Assembly (NCBI GenBank): GCA_002104905.1
Contig: MCFE01000088.1
Location: forward strand, 112,782-176,781
DNA: 64,000 nt
Reading direction: 5' to 3'
Source: Basidiobolus meristosporus CBS 931.73
Taxonomy: Eukaryota > Fungi > Basidiobolomycota
Part shown: positions 26,758 through 39,200 of the stretch, piece after piece
Numbering within the stretch: position 1 is the stretch's first letter
How the letters are laid out: each line of letters opens with the position of its first letter
Notes under the pieces: generated by a model
What the model was told of the DNA's origin: nothing
Databases searched by the model: none
The model's input: the letters and a program-made list of their open reading frames with translations, nothing else
Program-made: the position numbers and the translations under genes

Positions 26758-28448
26758 TTAACAATTGCGGGGGTTGCGGGCACACCACAATGGTTGCAAG
26801 GGCTCGGCACCGATGCCACGATCAACCAAACGAGCTCTTTGCTCGTGGATACGTGGGAACACATCACCAGTCTTGCGAATAGTACCATCAGCAAGCTTGA
26901 TGTCGGACCAGAGGACTTCGGCGGCAGCAGCGCCACGAGGCCACAAGACACGATCAAGGTTGATCCCATCGATTGCTTCGGCCCAGAGACCAACCTCACC
27001 ACCAAGGACAAGCTTCGACTGTTCCTTGGTCATGTTGGCAGTGAGGTCATAGTTGTAAACAACCTGCCAGCCCTTGTAAGGATCACACCATGAGTTGCCT
27101 TGGCTGTCACTGATCCAGGCACCACGGCCACAGTCAAGATACCATCTCTCGTAGCTGGTGGAGATCACTCGATTTCCTGCCTCAACTACCTTGATGGCAT
27201 CAGCGGCACCGAGCCATACTTGGACGGCAACATCCTTTCCGATGGGGATGTGGTGGCTGGTCAACGCCTCTTGCCAGGTGATTGGAGTCTTCTTGTTCTC
27301 ACGAACCCAGTTGTGAGACTTGAGGACGAATTGTCCAAAGAGGTTGTCAAGGGTGACGTTGTTCTTCTGGAGGTACTCGGGGTAGCCAGGAGAGTCCTCC
27401 CAGCACTTGAAGTTCACCTCATCACCACCGATGTGGACGAACTCGTCGTCGAACCAGGTGGTCACTTCCTTGAGGAAGTTGCGAACAATGACATCGGTCT
27501 TGGGGTTGATGATGTTCAATTGACCACTGTTGGGCTCAGCAGCATAGTCAGACCAGTTGGGCTGCATGTTCATGCAAGTGACAATGTCAGGGAAGGCAAG
27601 ACCCCAAGAGTAGGCATGGCCTGGAATATCGAACTCGGGGTAGACTCTGATGCCGCGGTCCTTGGCATAGCTGACAATGTCACGGACATCCTTCTCAGTG
27701 TACACCCAGTGCTTGCTATAGGCTCCCTTCTCGGCCAACTGAGGATAGGTCTTAGTCTTGAGGGGGAAGCTGTGCTGATCGATGATGTGCCAGTGGAGAA
27801 CGTTGAGCTTGTTGTATGACATGCCGTCGAGGGTGCGCTTGATGTCGGCAACCTTGAGGAAGTTGCGAGAAGTGTCGATCATCACACCACGATGGGGGAA
27901 CACTGGCTTGTCAGTGATCGACACTGGGGCCAATGGGATGCGGAACTGATCGGTCTCCTCAGTCCAGCTAACAAGCTGCGAGAATGACTCGAGACCACGA
28001 AGGGCACCATACACACTCTTGGCCGTGATGGTGGCCTGACCACCCTTGGCTGGGACATTCAAAGGTGTATGACTCATCGGTGTCGAGGTTGAGCTTGGTG
28101 TTGCCACCGCTGACTTGGATGTTGAGGTGAGTCAACAGTGGGTACTTGCCCTTGGGTGCGAGGGCGTGAGTAGGAACAGAGGTGGTAGGAGTGGGGAAGA
28201 CAGTCTTGGCAACAGGGTTGAGGAGAGCACCATACTCACCCTTGTTGAAGATCAACTTCTTGTAGCGGCGGACAGCTCTCTCAAGGATATCTTTGCCAGC
28301 ACCGGCCTTGATGGAGACACCAAACTCGTGATTGCTTAGACGGACGATGTTCTTGCCAATGTCCATCTTCTCGGGCAAAGGCCAGACCCAAGCCATGGAG
28401 GTGGCGGCCAACAGTGAGAATAGAGGTAAGGAGTTTGATAGCAACCAT
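26758..28448 (-). CDS. GH20 hexosaminidase copy 10 (two +1 indels near 28062 and 28420)
   Basis: ATG at 28448; ORFs 27968-28444 and 26758-28107 tile the gene; 1691 bp. Confidence 0.85.
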
Positions 28449-29298
28449 GACTTAATCCGGAAGTCGATGAAAGTACTGAACTGATAATGCTTGTTCCTCA
28501 GCTGTAATGACCTTTTATAAGCGTACAGACCTCGTGTTCATTAGCCGTCTATACACTAGTGATACTTTCGAAATTTCAATCTAATCCGGAGTAAATCCAT
28601 AGGATTACTATATTGTGAGAATTCTACCGCAAAATCCATATTCTCTTGGTACGAGGGTTATGCCAAACGTAGGCTTTCACCTGGCATAATGAAGCCAGGG
28701 ATATTCCAGTATTGACAAAATCTAGTAAATTACTAACTTGAGTGACTGGTATCTCCCGTTCCCGTTGGCTATGCACAGTAGTACATCGGAAGGTCGAGAT
28801 TCCATTATCTTGTGAGACTGCCATCATTTGACGGAGTTGAAAATGCTTGCTGATTTTACCAATAATCATTGTACCTCGATTGTTGAACACTGATGACAAA
28901 AAGGGAGATATTAAATCCATAACAGCTTTCGTGATTAACAGCCCTAATGTAGACTCGTATAACCTATACTGAACTGCTGGCCATACTCATGTGCTACTGG
29001 AGTACATATGGTGGGACGGTCAGTGACTTAGGCGAAGGTACCGTCAAGGATTGTCTAAAGACTCAATAATAGCGTCTTTAGGATGAGCTCTCTTGCAGAG
29101 ATCTACCAAATACGGGCGTGCACAATAGAGGAGCTAAATCTCTGCAGAGTTGGGGGAATTTTTGAAATAATCACATTGAGAAAATGCCCGCAGCGTTTAT
29201 TTCCTTTGGAACTACAGATTCTCTCCTGTTGTATAAATATGGCATCTTACCATTCACCATATCTCAGGGTTAGCTTCACCTTCCATCTAGTTATCTCG

Positions 29299-30248
29299 AT
29301 GTTCTACTCCAGCCGGTATATTTTGTACGCTAGCTTACTAAGTGGTTTTGTATTGGCTCAAGATACCGGGGTCAATATCCTGACTGCCTGCACAACACCT
29401 GGTCAATTCGCATTGACCTTCGATGATGGTATGTTGGAGCCACAAATACCCGGCGTAGACGGTCTTCTAACTGTTTCTATTTAGGGCCAGGACCAGCGAC
29501 AGGAAAATTACTGGAGATTCTGAAGCAAAAGAACGTCAAAGCCACGTTCTTTTCTCTTGGAGTACAAGCGAGAGATGTCAACTTGGGAAAATACCTGAAA
29601 ATGGCGCTGGATGATGGACATCAGATTGCCTCGCATACTGATCGTCATTTGTCATTAAACACACTAACAGCTGAAGAGATACGGGTGGAGATGCGGATGG
29701 CAGAGATATCCATTCAACAGGCCTCAGGTGTGGCACCAATCTACATGAGGCCTCCATATGGAGATTGCAACTTGAGTTGTCAAGAAGTGATGAAATCCAT
29801 CGGATATCATATTGTTGCTTGGAACATGGACTCGAATGACTGGCAGTATGTCGCCACTCCTCAAAACTACGATTCCCTAGTAGCGAACATGATACAAAAG
29901 CTAGATTCTTCAAACTCAAATGTTGATAGCTTCATCTCTCTTCAACATGATATCCACGAATTCAGTATTGAGAGAACATCTAGGATCATCGACCTCATCC
30001 GGGAGAAAGGCTACCAGTTTACCACGGTTGCTGAATGCCTAGGAAATCAATGGCCAATGTATAGAAGTGGGCCAGCTGTTGAATCCACAGAGATCGTAAC
30101 CACCCCAGCCGTGGTGAATGTGGTTGCAGCTCAAACTAGTGCACCCAGCTCTTCTCCGTCCAGCCGTCAGCAAACAAGCGAGAGTAGCAGCATTCAAATC
30201 TGGACACCTCTGTTCTACCTGGTGTTGTTACACATGATATACCAATGA
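29299..30248 (+). CDS. CE4 polysaccharide/chitin deacetylase, secreted, Ser-rich linker and probable GPI-anchor tail; intron 29429-29484
   Basis: Spliced product has the five CE4 motifs: TFDDGP (split by the intron), HTDRH, YMRPPYG, WNMDSNDW and LQHD. It also has an N-terminal signal peptide and a hydrophobic C-terminus. Confidence 0.9.
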
Positions 30249-30550
30249 CTGACCGCACCACCAATATCTCTTTCAGTTTATCCAATACCTACCCACCAAC
30301 ATTTCCTACTAAAATATTCGAGATTTACTCCCACATTCCCGTTGAACGAATAAATAGTCGAGTCTTGGAGCGTGGTGGATTGTGCCAGAGTGTATATATT
30401 TTCCTTTCCATGATTTTTTTGCATTAACCTATCTATAAGTACTACTTGTTGGTATGATATGGCATGAGGAAGTATATATGCTAAGGAGGTTACTAAGTGT
30501 GATGAGTGTACAGAATTGAATGAAATATGGTAGTGATGCTAAGCGCCACT

Positions 30551-32002
30551 CTAGAATGCAGTTTTCGCTGGTAGAACCCCTTCTTTAGAGTCCTTGTAGG
30601 TGAAGATTGCGCGGCGTAAAATTCCTACAAAGCAGAAAGAAAGAGCAAAATGAGGTCCAATACGTAAGAAATGGGTCACGAAGCCTTTGTAAAGTGCTCC
30701 ATAACCCTCGGACGAGGTAACTTTCTTGAATGCGTCCAGACCGTTGGCGTATAGAAGACCACTTCCATCCTGAGATGTGGGCTGATTATAGAGACGGGTC
30801 TACCATGACAGTTGTGCAAGTAAGTAAATCAGAGTAACAGTGGTGAGCGTATCAGGTGAGCACTTTACCCTTAGCGTATCAATGGGATTCATACACAAGA
30901 CAGACCAGAACGCGCTGTAGAAACCACATACAATATCTACCCATGCACTGTCTTCATATCCCTTTCGCAGCATGTATTCCTTGCTCAAGGAATAGGTGCT
31001 CATGTTTGCTCCGCTGCCTACCAACGAGCGGGCCATTGACATCATGGAACCTCTGTATAGGCCAACAATTCCATCTCGTTTGATTACACTGACTAATGCA
31101 TCGCTAAGACCCGAGTAACTACATGCCTCAACATGATAGTTTTAAACCAGTTAGACTCCCTTGCAAACACACATTTCGATCACTTGTAACTTACCCATGC
31201 TGATACCCAACATGCGCAGCTCCAGAACTTTTCACTGCCGCCTGCAATCTAACACCCACGCATATTAGCTTTCATCAAATGAACACGGAGCCTGAGAGCT
31301 GCATTACCTTGTTTTAGCCAATTCAAATGGGTTACAACTAACTGCACCCATAGCACCACATATACTTCCCACAATAACGCGCTTCCAAGTAGGTGCAGTG
31401 ACTCCACAATTGGGATCGTGTACTGCATTCAGCAGTGGGTCAAACATTCCCTGCAAGCCAACAAAAAGCATGAGCATTGTCTCGCTAAGGAAGAGCGAAC
31501 AGGCCAACAAACTCACAATGCGAAAAATATTCTTGGAACCTTCTCTGTAAACAGCAGGTGTGATACCCTTGTACAAGGCTTTAAAGCCTAAATAACGCAA
31601 CAGTAAGCAAAGGAGGGAAGGCTTGTGTTTAGTGAAGCGTTGCTATTGATACTATACCTTCGTTGTTCCAAATCTTCCACATGCAGTCAAAGCTATTCTT
31701 GTATATCTGATAATTTTCGAATACATCAACCTCTGTCCCAGAACTGAAGACTTTAATGGAAAGATAGGTACCCTCTTTTCTGCGAGTTTTTCGCCTTGTA
31801 GTTGCATCCTTACTTTGGCTGGAATAGAGTGAGCAAGCGTCCAGGAAAAATACCAACTACTCCCTCGAAGAGAATACATACCCACATCGAACGGGTTGGT
31901 GAGAAACACAGCTACAGCAGGGGCAATGGCCGAAATGGTGGCACTCTCAGCCAACGAAAGTTGTCTTTGAGGGCCCTCCTTGGTGTCTCTATTATCACGC
32001 AT
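30551..32002 (-). CDS. Mitochondrial carrier family protein (OAC1/SLC25A34-35-like), multi-exon
   Basis: Three carrier signatures PX[DE]XX[KR]X[RK]: NPFDVAKVRMQLQGE, NPFELAKTR and NPIDTLRV, plus YKNSFDC and LYKGITPAVYRE. The start (ATG 32002, MRDNRD) and the exon boundaries are approximate. Confidence 0.8.
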
Positions 32003-32460
32003 GGCTTGTTTCAAGATAAAGTGCAAAGGCTAAAAAAAGCAAAGGCACCATCTTGATCGAGGAAATAGTCAAAATATTCATGGGTAAAATCGGTTTCTCA
32101 GTGATGTACTGCAGAGATTTTCCAACATGTAATGGGACTACTTTCCATATCGGGAGCACTGGACCATCGTGTGGAAGGGATACTTCGATATTAAACTGGA
32201 TATCAAAGCTCCACAGGCAGATATCTATAATTTCCGAAAACCTCCGAGCAATCACACTACTCACAGCCACGCTTAATTCACACTTCTGTCTCGGTACTAG
32301 AACAAATCAGGAAATCCAATCTCTTAATGTTTGGTGCCTTCATGCCAGTAATCACGCTGCTTTCAAACCTCCACCTATTTGATCCTGCCATCTGCTCTGA
32401 TCCTGATCCTGATCTCCTTTGTGTTAAATATTTGTCGAGATTCAATGCTCTACCGAAACT

Positions 32461-33667
32461 ATGAGTCAGTCAGTTACTCCAAGCGAAGAGTTACGCACTT
32501 ATTTAGAATACGCTGTGCTGGTTGCTCGTGAAGCCGGCGCCATCATTAAAGATGTGTTTTACAGCAAAAGCACCAGCCTTCACATCAAAGATCAGAATCC
32601 TACCGACCTAGTCACCGCCACCGATCAATTGGTCGAGAAATTGGTGTTTGGAAAGTTGAAGGAAAAATACCCCCAACACAAGTAAGAGTGCACAAGCCCG
32701 ATGAGTTCGTTTCGAGTTGCCAATGATTTCTCTTAGATTTGTCGGGGAAGAGACTACAGCAAGCGGAGAAGCTTGGAAGCTGAGCGAGGAGCCTACCTGG
32801 ATTGTTGACCCAATTGGTAAATTCCCTTGTGCGTCCTCACTTTCTTTCGTGGCTTACTCAGTTGTATTCCCATTTTTTCAGATGGTACCACGAACTTTGT
32901 TCACGGGTAACAAAACATCGCAGCAATTGCTCTTTTCTGTTTGGACCGAAATCAGTTAACACCTTTCTAGCTTTCCATTTGTGGCTGTTAGCATTGGCTT
33001 GGCTATTAATAAGGAACCAGTGGTTGGAGTAGTTTATAATCCTATTCTTGATGAGGTAAGGCCAGTATTTGTGGATTGGCACTCGACTTGTATTAATATA
33101 CTGCTATTGAAGCTTTACACTGGAGCAAAGGGATTAGGTGCACACCTGAATGGCGCTATCCTTCCTCTGACCCAACCAAATATTCCCCCACTTCCCGATC
33201 TCGCTCACTGTCTCTTTGTGACCGAATACGGCGCCGATCGGCTTCCTTCAGTCATCAACCCCAAGGTATCCTCCATCCATCGCATGGCAGCCGAAAATAC
33301 CAAGGATTCCCCCGGTGGTCGTGTTCGCGGAATCCGGTCTACTGGTTCAGCTGCACTCAACCTGTGTATGTTAGCCAGGGGTGGCTCTGACATTTATTGG
33401 GAGATTGGTGTTCACGTATGGGACATTGCCGCAGCCATGGTTGTTCTTCAAGAATCGGGAGGATTGGTTGTTGATGGTACAGGAAGATGGGGTGTAGCAT
33501 CCTCTCAATGGTCACAAGAGTTACGTAACAAAAACGTGAACATTCTTGGCCGAAAGGTACTGGGTATTAGAGCATCCGGGGATGGTTTAGAAAACTCCTA
33601 TCGTATTTTGGAGCAAGCTCTATCGTTGTTCGAGGATCTTGAAGTTGAGCATGACGGAAGTCAGTAA
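32461..33667 (+). CDS. INM1: Inositol monophosphatase (IMPase), multi-exon
   Basis: DLVTATD, GEE, WIVDPI(DG)TTNFVHG, RSTGSAALNLC and WDIAA motifs across GT-AG-spliced exons. Confidence 0.88.
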
Positions 33668-34079
33668 TCACAAGGAATCGGATCCAATAAACAATGCCAC
33701 ACAATCCAGATAGATATTTCAAGTGTTTCGATCAATAATGTGCCAATTTAGATGAAGTGTTTTCTATAGAGAAGCAATATGTTGCATACATCAACCACTG
33801 GAGGCGCAAGCGGTCGGGCATTTACTTACAGTCAGACAATCATCGTCTTTTCTTGGCCAAAAATTCCAGATTAACCTCCGAATCCTATTACAACAGAATG
33901 GACTTTTGTGTATCAATCAGATGGCTCCACCATGATGGCGTCTAGGGAAACATAATGAGGCTTCACTGCATTCATACAGCGCCTATATAAGCATTCCCCA
34001 CAATGCTGCCTCGATTTTTAGGAATTGCCATAGTCAATACACTTATTCTGGTCGCCTCAGCGCTTCAATATCTTCAATC

Positions 34080-35981
34080 ATGGCGGTAGTTAATATCACC
34101 TCCCCCATCATCCGACATGCACCGCTACTAGCTAGCGCCCAAATCACTGGGATAGACATTCGTAGAGAGGCCTGCTGGTTCGTCATCACTGTGATACCGT
34201 TTCCGGAGGAGAAGGGGGATTATCAGCAACTCAACGGGTCTTACAAGATCTTTAGGAGATTTGAGCACTTCCAGTATTTCGCCAACTACATCCAAGTGGA
34301 ATGCAATAGTTCCAACTGCCAGGTTCCGAAGCTGAAAACGCGGAAGCGACTATTGTTCTCCAAGCTTCTGTATGCGGAGCGTAGGAAGGAGGATCTGAAC
34401 GTATTCTTGATGAAGGTTTTCCAGCTCCCGCTGAAAGTCAAGTCCTCCCTGTGTTTCGCCGAATTCCTAGGCATATGGAAGGGGGATCTCAAAGAGAATG
34501 GTTTGGATGAAACATTCACTCCGAAAATTGACTACCTTGGTAGAGAATTAAGTTCTGAAGCGAACAAAATCACCGCTGCTCCGGTGGCGCCAGGTGATAA
34601 TTTTGACCAGAATTTCGATTTGCTAACCCAACGTCCACACGTTAGAAACCATCCACACAAGCAACGATACCATGAAAGAAAGAAACACACTGCAGAGCCC
34701 TTGGATAAGCCCAAACCCAGGGCCGACCTGAAGAGGAATTCTATGGAGAAGACTGTACTCTCTGATGCCGCTGTGCAGCGAGCCAAAACATGTTTAGCCA
34801 ATAGCCTTCAAAGCCATTATACAATGTCCACTCCATGGAATAACCTAAAGAAAACGCCTTCCCTCAAGGTAGCCCCATGGAATATACGCCACCTAACGCC
34901 TAAAGAAATGCTCGCCTTGGAGGATAAGCGCCAGTCGTTAGTTCGATCCCACACGTACACGTTGGGAGTTAGGAGAAGTATGCACTTCGTATCTCCTTTC
35001 ATCCGGGTCAAAGTGATTTTGAATGCTGAGCATATCATCAACTTCCTGGTGCCACGATACATTCAACTTGACGAGCTACGTCAACGGGTTTTCGGGAAGT
35101 TCAATAACAGTGGAATCACCGATTACGACCGGGAGGAGATGATAGTTCTTTGCTACAAACGGGACAACAAAGTTGTCATAGTAGCTACCAACGAAGACCT
35201 ACGCAAAATCATAGTGAACGATACCGACAAATTCACCTTTTATTTGGCCTCAAACAACCTGTTGGAGGAATTCTTTTGGATGAGAGAGGTGATCGAGATG
35301 CAGGAAACGCTATTGAAAAGACACAGCACACAACATTCCAAGCAGCCGAGTGGTGAGCAAGGGAAATCCTCTCAGCAGAGAAAATCTCAGGAGCTACAGA
35401 GAGCCTCTAGTCGGCGTCAAACGGCCTTGGTATCACTCCAAAGGCAGAATACCCTTGCCAACTTCAGGAAAACCGGATTAACTTCCTCGACCGCAACTAA
35501 TCACAACAGGAACTCCTTCTCAGTGAAAACAAGGAGCTCGACTGGAAGCTACCGAGCTCGTCGAGTTCGCCACACCGATCGACAGTACAAAAAGAAAAGC
35601 AAGGAGAAGAGCGGGCTTTCAGAGGCGGTCTCTTTGGTGGAGGAGCCGGACGAATACCAAATAGATCAGCCGATCTATGAAATAACCCTCGACGCGGAAA
35701 GCTCGATGCACCTTAATATCCGCCCTAATATTCATTACAACGATCTTCATCAGCTAGTAGTCAAAGAAGCCCGCCTTTCAAACAATTCATTCGAAAGGCG
35801 CCTGACCTACAGAACCAGCGATGCCGAGCTCGTTCATTTAGCAAGCAAAGAGGAGCTGGCCAAACTCTTTACCACGCTCGCTCATGACGATGATGGGGAA
35901 AGGCTGGTGGCGACGAAACAAACACTCTATCTTCTTCCCAGCAATCTATTTGCTCGACTTCAGCAAGAAACAGTGCCCTGA
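34080..35981 (+). CDS. PX-domain protein with two PB1-like domains (633 aa, single exon)
   Basis: N-terminal PX (FRRFEHF, PKLKTR, RKEDLNVFL..VFQLP...EFLG); PB1-like IRVKV...LDELRQRV...F...LCYKRDNKVVIVATNEDL; second PB1-like TYRTSDAELVHLASKEEL. Domain calls are by motif recognition. Confidence 0.72.
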   Translation: MAVVNITSPIIRHAPLLASAQITGIDIRREACWFVITVIPFPEEKGDYQQLNGSYKIFRRFEHFQYFANYIQVECNSSNCQVPKLKTRKRLLFSKLLYAERRKEDLNVFLMKVFQLPLKVKSSLCFAEFLGIWKGDLKENGLDETFTPKIDYLGRELSSEANKITAAPVAPGDNFDQNFDLLTQRPHVRNHPHKQRYHERKKHTAEPLDKPKPRADLKRNSMEKTVLSDAAVQRAKTCLANSLQSHYTMSTPWNNLKKTPSLKVAPWNIRHLTPKEMLALEDKRQSLVRSHTYTLGVRRSMHFVSPFIRVKVILNAEHIINFLVPRYIQLDELRQRVFGKFNNSGITDYDREEMIVLCYKRDNKVVIVATNEDLRKIIVNDTDKFTFYLASNNLLEEFFWMREVIEMQETLLKRHSTQHSKQPSGEQGKSSQQRKSQELQRASSRRQTALVSLQRQNTLANFRKTGLTSSTATNHNRNSFSVKTRSSTGSYRARRVRHTDRQYKKKSKEKSGLSEAVSLVEEPDEYQIDQPIYEITLDAESSMHLNIRPNIHYNDLHQLVVKEARLSNNSFERRLTYRTSDAELVHLASKEELAKLFTTLAHDDDGERLVATKQTLYLLPSNLFARLQQETVP

Positions 35982-36255
35982 AGAGCACCACATATGTACA
36001 TATTCCCACCTCCGTTACACTCCGCGCATCCCCTGCACCGTCGACCACGGCCAAGCCACCTGGTATCAAGATAACTTAACCAGCCAACCCCGGATTAAGG
36101 ATTCGATGATAATTACTTTCTTTATTTATGATTAGAATTGCTAGGATTGGTCGTAGAGATTCCAATAAACATGCTCACCAAGACAAAAATTATATACAGT
36201 AACGGCGATAATAGAAATTCAGAAATAGTGACACATGCCTTCCACAGCCACCACG

Positions 36256-39200
36256 TCATGTTGGTGTTGCGGTGCGACTAGATTTCTCTCTCATATAAAC
36301 ATTCCAGTACTCTCGCGTAGCGTGACAACTGCTCACGTGGACCGAAATGGAGGGAAGGATTCCGGCTATGGCCTTGAACAGAGGAGTGGCAACGAAATCA
36401 GCGAAGGTAATGGCCAATCGTGGTTGCTGGGGATTCTCGCGGTCCCCAAAGGCTGACACTGGCAGCTGGATGTCCCTTTCCTCATCTCCCTTTTTCACAA
36501 GTAGACACGGGTTAATATTCGCACCACGGAAAGATCATGCACACTGAATTACCTGATTGAACATCTCCTCCTGAATAAGATCCGACCATACTCGGGCTAG
36601 GTGGAGTGGTCTAACCGTATTGCTGATGTCCGCGCATTTCATCAGCATCTCTAGCAATCGAAGTCGGTGGCTTCTGTCGTCCCACCGCCACCCAGAGGTA
36701 ACGCATTCATTGAAGTTGGCCATCACCTCCATGTGTTTCCCCATGTCCGTAGCCAGGATGCATTTGATAATGATGGATCGCAACTCGGCCACCACCGAAG
36801 CCGGCAGGTTGCTTAGTATATTGGCTTCTGGCAAAGTACGTAGCAGAACAAACGTCTGATGCGCGTGGAAATTCTCCAGCACCGAGGAATCGTTGTAAAG
36901 TACGGCTAGCTCGGAGCTGGTGGCGACATGGAAATTGTTGGTATGCCCATCATGAGATAGATCATGGCACAAGCATGCTATTATGAATGCGAATCGCTCG
37001 TTCATGGTGAACACATAGCCTTCCGAGCCCTCTAGCACATTGTCCGATGCCCCCGTGCCGCTCGGCTTCGTAGCTGACTCTGTGTCGCTTACTGCACATA
37101 CTGGGTCTTTGTTTGCGGTGGATGCTGCGGTCACGAGATCCAAATTGCAACATGCCTCACGAAGAAACAGGTAGCCAGCTTGAGTAACATCGAACGCATG
37201 ACGAAAGTTGTGGTAAGGATTTTGAGAGGTGTTGTATCCATCCTTGACTGCGTGGAAGAAAGAAGTGAGCGTTTCCAAAGGAATACTGTAATGCTCAATA
37301 AAACCGAGCTCATTAAATATATCGACCAGGAAGGGGAGAAGCTCCGTTTCGGTGTACGACCAAACATCAAACTCCCACGAGTTAAGCAGGGTGGCTCTCT
37401 GGGGCTTCGGATAGAGGGTCGAAGGGCTGAGGGGTGTCTCCGTATACTCCACATCAGAGGTTGGCGTTGGCGGCACGGTGGTGATTTGTGCAAGCTCCTC
37501 TTTTGGTCGGAGTTCGGGATCCAAACTAAGACCATGGTGATTTGTGGTCATGCATTTCGATGGGCTATTTCTATCCGTTGTAGCTTCAGTTATTGGCAAA
37601 CTTTCCACTGGTAGGCTGGCAACCTCATCAGTATCTAGGGTCTGTTCGACCAACGTCTCTGCCATGCCATTAGAATCTTCATCCCCATCAGGGCAATATT
37701 CTGGGATGTTCTCCAATGTTTGGTCGTAGGGGTAGTCGTGCTTTAAACCAGTTTCATACTTCAGGTCGTCGATAGATTCCTCGTTCTCCAACCCCGGCAT
37801 TTCCAAGAGATAGTTAAGCGAGGGGCCCTGAGGTCCGAAAGGCTCTTCGTTCGACACTTGATCATGTATGCTATGTATTCTTTGTCTTCGGGATCTTAAT
37901 CCACTGGCAAAGCGAGTAAGCTGTTGAGTATCAGAGTTGCGACGATTATTAAGACTATGATAGTACGAATGATTCCTCATGCTTCTATAATCAGGTGAGA
38001 TCTCAGATACGTTTATCCGACTGTAATCCCATGTGTCAGACGGCCAAAAGTTATTCTCATTGAATAGGGAGTTGGTTGAACCTTCCAGGGATGAGGCTCT
38101 ACGATGCCTGGATGGACGCGAAAATCGTGACTTGTCCAAGTTGACCCCCTCCGGAGGAATCGATAATGGCGCATCCTTGATCACCTCAGAGGACAACCAA
38201 TTACGCGTTTCTGCATTGAGATTTTCATTATGCAGAAGCTTTTCAAACGCCGGCCGGTATAGATTGGTTGACTTCAAGGAAGACAAAATGGAAGCAAGAG
38301 TGTTCCTAAAGAAATGATTCGTTTAGACCCAACGAGGATCAGATGCCATGTGTTTGTGTGTTCATACTTCGCTTCATCAGACATGCCAGTGCTTTGCAGG
38401 AGATCGGTCACAGTTCTGGTAATCAGGTTTATAGGCGTCTCAATTGCTTGTAGCATTTGATCCTGTAGTTTATCGACCGCCAACTCAAGGGACTTTCTTT
38501 TGTTACGCTCCTCTTCGAGCATCAATATCACCTATGAAGAGTAGATTTCAGTAGAGATCCTTAGTGTGGTCTTGAGTACCCTATACTACCTTTTGCTCTT
38601 TCCGCTTTCGCCAAACGCTTCTCCACACAGTTTTAACAGTCTCAAGTCGCACAGGCTTGAGAACATAGTCATCAGCCCCTAGCTGAAGGCAATTACAAGC
38701 AAGTTCAAGTTGCTCAGGATCAGCCATCACTTAGGATAAAAAGCTTAGAGTTGTGCCCATTTCGCGATATATTGAAAATCCCTTACTGATCACCGGAAGG
38801 TCTTTCAACGCCTCGGTGGAGCGAACCATCTTCAATACCTCCAGTCCCTGATTGAATCCGTCGGGGTTTTCGCAAGTAATGCTGACAATGACCAACTGGT
38901 AGCATGGCGTAGGAAGGTCGGCCTATATGTACATGTAAGTAAGGAATAGGAACGATAACACGTCGATCCTAGTACTTACAGCTGAATCGGTGCATGATCG
39001 CTGGAGGATCGCTATTGCTGAGCCTTTATCTGCCACTAGATCAACTGTGAAATGAAAGAAGGCAGGTAAACACGGGTTGTTTCAACAGGCAGAAGTCGTC
39101 TAACATACCAGGATAACCGATCTTTCGCAAATGTTGTCTCACTAAACGACCGTGTAGTATATCCTCATCATATATTAAGACCTTCACTTCACTAGGTCTA

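Larger units (their letters stand above)
5443..28448 (-). repeat. Tandem head-to-tail array of ten GH20 hexosaminidase gene copies
   Basis: A ~1689-bp CDS unit recurs ten times on the minus strand (one copy internally deleted), separated by roughly 0.4-1.0 kb of largely non-identical spacer. Confidence 0.95.

Noticed and set aside
5383-28339. Recurrent plus-strand ORFs (95, 239, 100-141 aa) and the 93-aa minus-strand alternative-frame ORF in every GH20 copy
   Set aside because: These are shadow ORFs from C-ending codon bias. They recur only because the GH20 CDS recurs and have no recognisable motifs.
5443-28448. Bacterial HGT origin of the intronless GH20 genes
   Set aside because: The C-terminal WCDPYK.WQ..Y, LGGE..LW.E and PLQPLWC motifs and the N-terminal domain are of the eukaryotic HexA/insect-fungal type; lack of introns alone is not evidence of transfer.
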